Assembly (NCBI GenBank): GCA_024763275.1
Contig: JANTFT010000002.1
Coordinates: 6,002-70,001, forward strand
Direction: 5' to 3'
Length of the DNA stretch: 64,000 bases
From: Anaerolineales bacterium
GTDB taxonomy: Bacteria > Chloroflexota > Anaerolineae > Anaerolineales > UBA11858
Positions 56,384-64,000 of this stretch are shown piece by piece; positions within the stretch are counted from its first letter, which is position 1; the number at the start of each line of letters is the position of its first letter. Made by a program: the position numbers and the translations under genes. Under the pieces are notes generated by a model. That model was given only the letters and a program-made list of their open reading frames with translations, did not search any database and had not been told where the DNA came from.

Positions 56384-58957
56384 ATGATCCCGATCTCCCT
56401 CTCGCTGGAAGGATTTCTCAGTTATAAAGATCCGGTGAAAATCGACTTCACCAGCTTTAGTCTGGCCTGCATCAGCGGTGAGAATGGGGCCGGGAAAAGC
56501 TCGATCCTGGATGGTATCACCTGGGCTCTTTTCGGGCGGGCCAGGAAGCACGACGAGTCGGTCATCAACCTGGACTCAGACCGGGCGGTGGTGACCCTGA
56601 TCTTCGAGTACGAGGGAAATCAATACCGGGTCACCCGCACCAATCCCCGCGGAGATACCAGGTCGGTTTCACTTGATATTCTTTCCGCTGAGGAGAATGG
56701 CGGGGCACCACGCTGGAACCCATTATCTGAGCGAACCCTGCGGGAAACCGATTCCAGGATCGTTGAGATCCTCCGCCTGGATTACGAATCCTTTGTAAAT
56801 GCTTCTTTTTTCCTGCAGGGCGCGGCTGACCAGTTCACCCAGCAAACCCCCTCCGCCAGGAAGCAGATCCTGTCCCAGATCCTGGGGCTGGAGATCTGGG
56901 AAACCTACCGCCTGCGCACCCTGGAGAACAGAAGGCAGGCAGATAGCGAGCTGGTCCGGCTGGAGGGCAGAATTGCCGAGATCACCGCTGAGCTGGCAGA
57001 GGAAGAAGAGCGGAAAAAGCAGCTCAAATCCCTGGAAAAAGAGCTTGCGGAAGCTCAGCGCGACCGCCAGAAAGCCGAAAAAGCCCTCGAGAATCTCCAA
57101 TCCCGATTGTCGTCCCTGGAGGAACAGGGCCGCCTGGTTGAGAAGGCAGCTGTTCATCTGGAGGAAAACAGGGATAAAATCGCCCGGGCTGAGGATAAGC
57201 TCGCCCAGCGCCTTGAAGAGCGTGGGGATTACCAGAAGATCCTCAACCAGACAGAATCCATCCAGCGATCCTATCAAAAGTGGCTGTCCTCCCAGAAGTC
57301 GTTGGCTGCCTGGGAAGCTACCGCGGAAAAGTTCCGGGAAAGCGAGATTAAAAGGCAGGACCCCCTGCTTAAGATCGCCGCTGAAAAGGCCCGTCTGCTC
57401 CAGGAGGAAACCAGTCTGCTGTCCCGCCAGGAGGAGCTTGAGGACAATCTGACCCGGGTCCCCCATCTCAAAGCCGAGATCAAAGACCTTCAAGAAGAAA
57501 TCAAGCGTGCCCGGGAAGAGATCAGCCGTCGCGACGGGAAAAAGGGTGAATTGGAAGCCGCCCGCCAAAAGCAGGCAGACGCCAAAGCAGAAAATCCCCG
57601 CCTGTACAAAGAGATGCAGGATCTTAAAAAGCGCATTCAGGAGCTGGAGGAAACTGAGGGCGCCTCGTGCCCGCTTTGTGGACGTGAGCTCTCCGAGCAG
57701 GACAGGCTTTCCCTGATCGAGGATCTGCAGGTGGAAGGCAAAGTACTGGGAGACCGCTACCGTGAGAACCAGGCGACCCTCAATGAGGCGGATCGGGTTG
57801 TCAGGGAGCTGCAGCTGGAAATCACCGAGTTGAGCCTGGCAGAGAACAGGCTCCGATCCCTGCAGGTTGAGGTGAACAAGCTGGAACACCAGCTGACCTC
57901 TCTGGAGGAGGAGAAGAAGAAGTGGGATAAGAAATACAAAAAAGACCTGGAAAAAATCCAGGGTATTCTCCAGAAAGAATCCTATGCCCAGGAGGCCCGG
58001 AAGGAGCTGGGGGTAATCAATGCCGAGCTGAAAGCCATCGGCTACGACGCCGCAGAACATGACCGGGTCAGGGAATTCAGCAGCCAGGGAGCAGCCATCC
58101 AGGCTAAAAAGGCAGATCTCGACAAAGCCGAGGCCGCTCTGAAGCCCCTGAATCGGGAGATTGCCGAGCTGCAGGAACAGTTGGAGCAGGACAGGAAAAG
58201 CCTGGATCGGGAACAGGCTGAATACGACCGGGCAAGTGAACGGCTGGAACAAGCCCGTCGGGAAGCTCCTGACACACGCCAGGCTGAGGAAGACCTGCTC
58301 GACCTCAAGGAGAGAGAGAACATCCTCCAGCGCGAGGTGGGGGCCGCCCTTCAGAAGGTCGCTGTTCTGGAAGGGCAAAAAGGACGCCTGAGCGAACTCG
58401 AAACCCAGCGGGAGGAATTATCGCGGCGAGTGATGACCTACAGGCAGCTGGAAGCCGCCTTTGGGAAGGATGGTGTGCCAGCTCTGCTTATCGAACAGGC
58501 ACTGCCCAATATAGAAACCAAAGCCAACCAGGTCCTCGATAAATTAACTGGCGGGGATATGTCCGTGCGATTCATCACCCAGCGGGAGTACAAATCAACC
58601 AGCCGGGAGGATAAAAAAGAGACCCTGGATATCCAGATCAGAGATCAAGCAGGGATCCGCGATTATGAGATGTACTCCGGGGGTGAATCCTTCCGGATCA
58701 ACTTCGCCATTCGTTTAGCACTTTCCCATATCCTGGCTCAGCGGGCAGGGGCCAGACTGCAAACACTGGTGATCGACGAAGGCTTCGGGAGCCAGGACTC
58801 TCTGGGAAGACAGCGTCTGATCGAGGCCATCAACCTGGTGCAGGATGACTTTGAGAAAATCCTGGTGATCACTCACATGGAAGAGATCAAGGAAGCCTTT
58901 TCATCCCAGCTGCTGGTGGAAAAAACACCCCGGGGATCCCGGGTAACTTTGGTATAA
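56384..58957 (+). CDS. sbcC: SbcC/Rad50-like SMC-family ATPase with a central CxxC zinc hook
   Basis: N-terminal Walker A GENGAGKSSILD, a long coiled coil, the hook GASCPLCGREL, the signature YSGGESF and Walker B LVIDEGFG. No sbcD is adjacent. Confidence 0.85.
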   Translation: MIPISLSLEGFLSYKDPVKIDFTSFSLACISGENGAGKSSILDGITWALFGRARKHDESVINLDSDRAVVTLIFEYEGNQYRVTRTNPRGDTRSVSLDILSAEENGGAPRWNPLSERTLRETDSRIVEILRLDYESFVNASFFLQGAADQFTQQTPSARKQILSQILGLEIWETYRLRTLENRRQADSELVRLEGRIAEITAELAEEEERKKQLKSLEKELAEAQRDRQKAEKALENLQSRLSSLEEQGRLVEKAAVHLEENRDKIARAEDKLAQRLEERGDYQKILNQTESIQRSYQKWLSSQKSLAAWEATAEKFRESEIKRQDPLLKIAAEKARLLQEETSLLSRQEELEDNLTRVPHLKAEIKDLQEEIKRAREEISRRDGKKGELEAARQKQADAKAENPRLYKEMQDLKKRIQELEETEGASCPLCGRELSEQDRLSLIEDLQVEGKVLGDRYRENQATLNEADRVVRELQLEITELSLAENRLRSLQVEVNKLEHQLTSLEEEKKKWDKKYKKDLEKIQGILQKESYAQEARKELGVINAELKAIGYDAAEHDRVREFSSQGAAIQAKKADLDKAEAALKPLNREIAELQEQLEQDRKSLDREQAEYDRASERLEQARREAPDTRQAEEDLLDLKERENILQREVGAALQKVAVLEGQKGRLSELETQREELSRRVMTYRQLEAAFGKDGVPALLIEQALPNIETKANQVLDKLTGGDMSVRFITQREYKSTSREDKKETLDIQIRDQAGIRDYEMYSGGESFRINFAIRLALSHILAQRAGARLQTLVIDEGFGSQDSLGRQRLIEAINLVQDDFEKILVITHMEEIKEAFSSQLLVEKTPRGSRVTLV

Positions 58958-59056
58958 TTTGACGCTGACATCGCTTCTAAAACATGTCGGCGTGGATGTC
59001 GACCCGGACAGCAGGGTGGGAATCCGGATTGACCAGCACAGTCCAAGGAGAAAGTA

Positions 59057-59380
59057 ATGGCAGAAATTAGCTATATAAACGAAAATGAATTTACAGCAAA
59101 AGTACTCGAATCCGAACTGCCGGTGCTGATTGATTTCACAGCAGCCTGGTGCGGTCCCTGCAAGATGGTCTCTCCCCTGGTGGAAGAACTGGCTGGAGAA
59201 TGGGACGGTAGAGCCCTGGTTTATAAAATGGATGTGGATGTCAATCAGGCCACTCCTATGCAGTTTGGCGTGATGGGTATTCCCGCCCTGCTGCTGTTCG
59301 TAAACGGAGAGGTTGCCGCCAGGGTGACAGGGTATAAGCCAAAGAAACAGCTTCAGAAAGCATTCGAGCCCCATTTCTAA
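59057..59380 (+). CDS. trxA: Thioredoxin
   Basis: 107 aa with the WCGPCK active site. Confidence 0.93.
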   Translation: MAEISYINENEFTAKVLESELPVLIDFTAAWCGPCKMVSPLVEELAGEWDGRALVYKMDVDVNQATPMQFGVMGIPALLLFVNGEVAARVTGYKPKKQLQKAFEPHF

Positions 59381-59448
59381 ATTCCCCTTCTTCCGGGAGT
59401 CTGGGGTCGATCGCTTTCCTCCAGGCAGGATGGATGCCGATAATAAAA

Positions 59449-59484
59449 CAGGGTCTCGCGGTTCTCACGCAGACCCTGTTTTTC
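59449..59484. terminator. Bidirectional terminator between trxA and metK
   Basis: CAGGGTCT...AGACCCTG hairpin, flanked by AATAAAA and TTTTT. Confidence 0.75.
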
Positions 59485-59506
59485 CTGTTCATGAAGCAGG
59501 AGATAA

Positions 59507-60718
59507 CTACAAACCCGCGGCTTTCCTGATCGCCTCCGCCCGGTCAGTGTTCTCCCAGGTCAGATCCAGATCATCGCGCCCGAAGTGCCCATAAGCGGCC
59601 AGCTTCTGGTAGATGGGCCGGCGCAGATCCAAATCCCGGATGATCGCGCCCGGCCGCAGATCGAAGAACTCATTCACCAGAGCGACGATCTTCTCATCCG
59701 GCACCTTGCCGGTGCCGAACGTTTCCACATTGACGCTCAGCGGGTGAGCCACGCCGATCGCATAGGATACCTGGATTTCACAGCGGCTCGCCAGCCCGGC
59801 GGCGACCACGTTCTTGGCGACCCAGCGGGCCGCGTACGCCCCGGAGCGGTCCACTTTCGTGGGATCTTTCCCCGAGAACGCGCCTCCTCCATGCCGTCCC
59901 ATCCCGCCGTAGGTGTCCACGATGATCTTGCGGCCGGTCAGTCCAGCATCGCCCAGCGGACCTCCGGTCACAAAGCGGCCGGTGGGGTTGACAAAGATCT
60001 TCAAATCCTCAGTAACCATCTCAGCGGGAAGCACCGGCATGATGACATGCTTGATGATCTCTTCCCTAATCTCTTCCTGGGGGATATCCGGCTCATGCTG
60101 GGTGCTGATCACAACTGTATCCACTCGAACTGGCTTACCGTACTGGTATTCGACCGTTACCTGGCTTTTGCCATCCGGCCGCACCCAGGGCAGGGTACCA
60201 TCCTTGCGGACCTCCGCCAAACGTCGGGCCAGCTTGTGGGCCAGGTAAATGGGGGTGGGCATCAGCATGGGTGTTTCATCGCAGGCGTAGCCAAACATCA
60301 TGCCTTGATCCCCGGCGCCTATGGCTTCGACCTCAGCTTCAGTCATTTCCCCAGATTTGGATTCCAGAGCCTCGTCGACGCCCCTGGCGATATCACCGGA
60401 CTGCTGGGAAATAGCCACCAGCACCCCACAGGTATGGCCATCAAAGCCCTTTTTTGCCCGGTCATAGCCGATCCCGGTGATCACATCCCTGGCGAGCTTA
60501 TCGTAATTGATATCGGCCGTGGTAGTGATTTCCCCCAGCAGCATCACATAACCGGTCTTGGTAGCTGTTTCACAGGCAACCCGCGAGCGGGGATCCTGAG
60601 CCAGGCAGGCATCCAGGACCGCATCACTGATCTGGTCGCACATCTTATCCGGGTGACCCTCGGTCACTGATTCCGAGGTAAACAGCAAGCTGGGTATATT
60701 ATTGAAAGTGTCGCTCAT
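59507..60718 (-). CDS. metK: S-adenosylmethionine synthetase
   Basis: The ATG at 60716-60718 follows AGGAGGGA. The protein reads [26 protein letters not shown]...[12 protein letters not shown]... Confidence 0.95.
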   Translation of the reverse strand: MSDTFNNIPSLLFTSESVTEGHPDKMCDQISDAVLDACLAQDPRSRVACETATKTGYVMLLGEITTTADINYDKLARDVITGIGYDRAKKGFDGHTCGVLVAISQQSGDIARGVDEALESKSGEMTEAEVEAIGAGDQGMMFGYACDETPMLMPTPIYLAHKLARRLAEVRKDGTLPWVRPDGKSQVTVEYQYGKPVRVDTVVISTQHEPDIPQEEIREEIIKHVIMPVLPAEMVTEDLKIFVNPTGRFVTGGPLGDAGLTGRKIIVDTYGGMGRHGGGAFSGKDPTKVDRSGAYAARWVAKNVVAAGLASRCEIQVSYAIGVAHPLSVNVETFGTGKVPDEKIVALVNEFFDLRPGAIIRDLDLRRPIYQKLAAYGHFGRDDLDLTWENTDRAEAIRKAAGL

Positions 60719-60724
60719 AGTCCC

Positions 60725-60916
60725 TCCTGAGTATGTACCCTTCCCTATTAATGAGAATTGCCCCTTCGGAACTGCAGGAAAGGGCATCGACTCAGGATAA
60801 CCCTCTCATCTTCCAGAATACGCCTGTCGGAGTTGGCACCATCTGCACCGCAAAGCAGTGCCCGGTTGCCGAGGCTTCACAGGGCCGATCCCTCCACCTC
60901 TCTGGATAAGAGTGCC
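60725..60916 (-). promoter_or_regulatory. SAM-I (S-box) riboswitch with an apparent SD-sequestering expression platform
   Basis: The minus strand reads CTCTTATCCAGAGAGGTGGAGGGATCGGCCCTGTGAAGCCTCGGCAACC...GGTGCCAACTCCGACAGG...GGAAGATGAGAGG, which matches the S-box consensus and P1 pairing. Downstream, CCTGAGT can pair with ACTCAGG next to the SD. Confidence 0.9.
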
Positions 60917-61138
60917 TTCAGAGGCATTATTTATTTAAAGAAAATGATAACACGGCCTTGGAAGGGTGTCAATTAATCTCCCGGAGTGGTCTGGCTGGAC
61001 GTTTTTCAAGGATCCTCTCAACTATGGCTGAGGTGCGGATCGGCCCTGTAAATTTCCCTAACCTATTTTCCCATTTCATTGTATACTTACTGTACAATCC
61101 ACCAGCCGTTGCGGCGCTCTAATAAATAGGAACTTATT

Positions 61139-62275
61139 ATGAAGATCTCTGTCCTACAAGAAAACCTCGCTCACGGGCTGAGCATCGTGTCCCGGGCTGT
61201 ATCCCCCCGCAGCACTCTACCTGTTCTTTCCAACATACTGGTTGCCACGGATGACGGCCGTTTGCGCCTCTCAGCGACCAACCTGGAAATGGGAATCACC
61301 TGCTGGATCGGGGCTAAAATTGAGGAAGAAGGGTCAACTACTGTGCCAGCCAGGACTTTTTCCGACCTGGTCAGCACCATTCCACCTGCCAAAACTGATA
61401 TTTCCCTGCATGAACCCACCCAGACCTTGAACATCAAGTGCGGCTCGCTGAATACCGACATCAAATGCATCGACGCCCAAGAATTCCCGCCCATGCCCTC
61501 CCCGGATCTGGAAGCAGGGATTGAGATCAACGTGACCGACTTCAAGGAAATGATCAAGCAGGTTGTTTTCGCGGCCTCTCACGATGAAGCCCGGCCGATC
61601 CTAACTGGCGTGCTGGTTACCGTAGAAGACAATATCCTCACCCTGGCCGCAGCAGATGGATTCCGCCTCTCGGTCAGAACCGCCCAGCTTTCCTCACCAG
61701 CTCCCGCCCCGGTCAAGGCTGTAATCCCGGCCAGGGCACTGAGCGAACTGGCCAGGATCAGCAACGACGGCAGTGAGGTGATTACCATGGCGCTTCCCCC
61801 GGAACGGGGCCAGGTGATCTTCCGCACCAAGGATATAGAATTGACCTCGCAGCTGATCGAGGGCACATTCCCTGACTACCAGCAGATCATCCCCAAGGAA
61901 TATCTTACCCGCACCATTCTTTCCACGGAATCTTTCTTGAAATCCTGCAAACAGGCCGAGATCTTTGCCCGGGAGGGATCCCTGATCGCCCAGGTGAACA
62001 TCCGCCCCGGACCCGAAGAGAATTCACCCGGTGAGGTTGAGATTTCCGGCCAATCCGAGGAAACCGGCTCCAGCCAAGCAATCATGGACGCCACCATTGA
62101 GGGAGAGGACATTATCATCGCCTTCAATGTTCGCTACCTGCGCGAGGTGCTGGATGTCATCCAAACCCCTAACGTGGCTCTGGAAACCTCCAAGCCCACC
62201 AGCCCGGGTGTGATCCGGCCGGTAGGGGATGACAACTTCCTCCACGTGATCATGCCCATGCACCTGGGCAGCTGA
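61139..62275 (+). CDS. dnaN: DNA polymerase III beta sliding clamp
   Basis: 378 aa: MKISVLQENL...LPVLSNILV...ATNLEMGI... with a three-domain layout. Confidence 0.93.
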   Translation: MKISVLQENLAHGLSIVSRAVSPRSTLPVLSNILVATDDGRLRLSATNLEMGITCWIGAKIEEEGSTTVPARTFSDLVSTIPPAKTDISLHEPTQTLNIKCGSLNTDIKCIDAQEFPPMPSPDLEAGIEINVTDFKEMIKQVVFAASHDEARPILTGVLVTVEDNILTLAAADGFRLSVRTAQLSSPAPAPVKAVIPARALSELARISNDGSEVITMALPPERGQVIFRTKDIELTSQLIEGTFPDYQQIIPKEYLTRTILSTESFLKSCKQAEIFAREGSLIAQVNIRPGPEENSPGEVEISGQSEETGSSQAIMDATIEGEDIIIAFNVRYLREVLDVIQTPNVALETSKPTSPGVIRPVGDDNFLHVIMPMHLGS

Positions 62276-62466
62276 GCTCTATCCGCTTCTGACCGACCAA
62301 TCAGACTTTTTGCCCCCGGTTTCCAGTTTGGGAACCGGGTTTCCTTATCTGTTTGGTTCTGACAAAGGCTGAGCAGAAAATATTTTAAGGTAGCCCTCTA
62401 ATCAACGCGGGATAAAGTAGTAAAATGCAGGAAAAGGATCAGCGGGCAACGGGAGCAAAAGCGGAT

Positions 62467-63123
62467 ATGGAAAAGTTCGTAGCGGTAGCAGGGAATATTG
62501 GTGTCGGCAAGACGACTTTGGTCCAAAAACTTTGCGGCATCCTGGGCTGGACCCCTTTCTTTGAACCAGAAAGCGAGAACCCCTATCTGGCAGATTTTTA
62601 CAAGGACATGCAAACCTGGGCTTTTCACAGCCAGGTGTTTTTTTTGACCCGCAGGTTGGTGGCCCACAAGAATCTCTGCACCCATCCCGGGTCGGTCATC
62701 CAGGACCGCAGTGTTTACGAAGACGCGGAGATATTCGCCCAGAATCTCTATCGCCAGAAGCAAATCACCGAACGGGATTTTCAAACCTATCGAGAACTCT
62801 ACCACGCCCTGGTGGAATTTTTACCGCCCCCTGATCTGGTCCTGTATATCAAAGCATCAGTTCCCACCCTGCTGGAAAGGATCAAACTGCGGGGTAGAGA
62901 TTATGAGGAAGAAATCGATCCAGCTTATCTTGAAGGGCTGAACGCCCTCTATGACCATTGGACAGACAGCTTTGACCTCTGTCCGGTGCTGACCATCCCG
63001 GGAGACGACCTGGATTTTGTGGCCAATAACGGTCACTTGAATCTGATCGTCCAAAAAGTGCAGGAAAAATTAACAGGGAAAGAAGTTGTGGTCTTCACAG
63101 AAAATGAAATGAAGAACAGCTAA
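62467..63123 (+). CDS. Deoxynucleoside kinase (dAK/dGK/dCK family)
   Basis: The ATG at 62467 gives MEKFVAVAGNIGVGKTTL (P-loop). It also has FFEP..ENPYL.DFY and a DRS motif. Confidence 0.85.
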   Translation: MEKFVAVAGNIGVGKTTLVQKLCGILGWTPFFEPESENPYLADFYKDMQTWAFHSQVFFLTRRLVAHKNLCTHPGSVIQDRSVYEDAEIFAQNLYRQKQITERDFQTYRELYHALVEFLPPPDLVLYIKASVPTLLERIKLRGRDYEEEIDPAYLEGLNALYDHWTDSFDLCPVLTIPGDDLDFVANNGHLNLIVQKVQEKLTGKEVVVFTENEMKNS

Positions 63124-63145
63124 CCCACTTGAGATTAACAGAAAA

Positions 63146-63180
63146 TAAAAACCGCCAGCTATAAAAGCTGGCGGTTTTTC
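63146..63180. terminator. Bidirectional terminator between the dNK gene and gdhA
   Basis: ACCGCCAGC-tataaa-GCTGGCGGT, flanked by an A-run and TTTT. Confidence 0.8.
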
Positions 63181-63197
63181 AGTTCTGGGTCTCGGGG

Positions 63198-64000
63198 TTA
63201 TACCACGCCGTAAGCCAGCATGGCTTTGGCGACCTTGAGGAAGCCGGCGATATTGGCTCCCATCAAATAGTTGCCCGGGTCTCCATAGGCTTCTGCCGCA
63301 TCCAGGGAAGCTTTGTGAATGTTCCTCATGATGCCGTGCAGTTTTTCGTCCACTTCCTCGCGGGTCCAGGATAGGCGGAGGCTGTTCTGGCTCATCTCCA
63401 GACCGGAGGTGGCCACACCACCAGCGTTGGCAGCCTTGGCCGGTCCGTACATCAGCTTGTTGTCCTGGTAGATTTTCACAGCATCCAGGGTAGAAGGCAT
63501 GTTGGCGCCTTCAGAAACCGCGATGCAGCCGTTGTCCACCAACGCCTGAGCATGTTCCGCATTGATCTCGTTCTGGGTTGCTGACGGGAAAGCCAGATCT
63601 GCCTTAAGGCCTTCTTTCTTTACGACATCCCAAACGCTCATATCAGGGTAGTAAGGAACATCAAATTTCTCTGCGTATTCCTTAATACGACCGCGGCGGA
63701 TGTTCTTCAGTTCTAACACATATTGGAGCTTATCCCTGTCAATCCCTTTTTCATCAATGATGGCACCGCTTGAGTCAGAGAGGGAGATCGGTTTGGCTCC
63801 CAGGTCCAGCAGTTTCTCGACTGTATACTGGGCCACGTTGCCGGAGCCGCTGACCAGCGCCACCTTGCCGGACATGTCCAGATCGCGGACTTTGAGCATC
63901 TCGGCCGCAAAATAAACCGAGCCATAGCCAGTGGCTTCCGGGCGGATCAGGCTGCCGCCGTACTCCATACCTTTTCCGGTCAGAACGCCGGTATGTTCAT
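63198..64000 (-). CDS. gdhA: Glutamate dehydrogenase, C-terminal part; the 5' end lies beyond the right window edge
   Basis: GGSLIRPEATGYGSVYFAAEML...VSGSGNVAQY...ANAGGVATSGLEM. The reading frame continues open to position 64000. Confidence 0.9.
   Translation of the reverse strand, partial: EHTGVLTGKGMEYGGSLIRPEATGYGSVYFAAEMLKVRDLDMSGKVALVSGSGNVAQYTVEKLLDLGAKPISLSDSSGAIIDEKGIDRDKLQYVLELKNIRRGRIKEYAEKFDVPYYPDMSVWDVVKKEGLKADLAFPSATQNEINAEHAQALVDNGCIAVSEGANMPSTLDAVKIYQDNKLMYGPAKAANAGGVATSGLEMSQNSLRLSWTREEVDEKLHGIMRNIHKASLDAAEAYGDPGNYLMGANIAGFLKVAKAMLAYGVV

Noticed and set aside
60950-61138. Possible oriC or DnaA boxes upstream of dnaN.
   Set aside because: I found no TTATCCACA-like 9-mers (the best is ACAATCCACC), no AT-rich unwinding element, and dnaA is not adjacent.
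1-64000. Search by eye for CRISPR arrays, tRNA or rRNA genes, transposases, integrases, toxin-antitoxin pairs and known defence genes.
   Set aside because: I saw no regularly spaced direct repeats, no tRNA-like T-arm or acceptor signatures in the intergenic regions, and no recombinase-like ORFs. Absence by eye is not proof. tRNAscan, Infernal and defence-system HMM scans would settle it.

Overview
This is 64 kb of a densely packed bacterial chromosome with about 62 protein genes. I found no rRNA, tRNA, CRISPR array, transposase or integrase. Gene content and protein flavour suggest Chloroflexota, possibly Anaerolineae-like, but that is inference only. Most of the window is housekeeping. It holds hrcA-grpE-dnaK (dnaK cut by the left edge) and a stand-alone groEL, both behind CIRCE operators. 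It also holds trmD, RNase J, pcm, rimO, rplI, gmk, tmk, pdxS/pdxT, spoVS, clpC, rpsA, trxA, metK behind a SAM-I riboswitch, dnaN, a deoxynucleoside kinase and gdhA (cut by the right edge). Five things stand out. (1) A ChlI-like AAA+ ORF ends in an A9 tract. The downstream ChlD-like VWA frame is open from inside that tract but has no canonical start for about 125 conserved-looking codons. This is either -1 recoding or a 1-nt indel. (2) At about 32.1-45.5 kb lies an island bracketed by two Crp/Fnr regulators. It encodes many uncharacterised polytopic membrane proteins (several paralog pairs), a NapH-like polyferredoxin, a DUF4405 b-type-cytochrome-like protein, an FGE-like lipoprotein, heme O synthase and a cytochrome c. 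Three of its promoters carry CRP-type palindromes centred exactly 29.5 nt upstream of a TA(T/G)AAT hexamer. (3) A rhomboid protease has an N-terminal cytoplasmic domain homologous to DnaK nucleotide-binding subdomain IIB. (4) RNase J is preceded by a promoter, a structured leader and an intrinsic terminator. (5) Two tandem paralogous lipoproteins share an unrecognised domain. All coordinates and motifs were read by eye from the sequence. No database search was possible.
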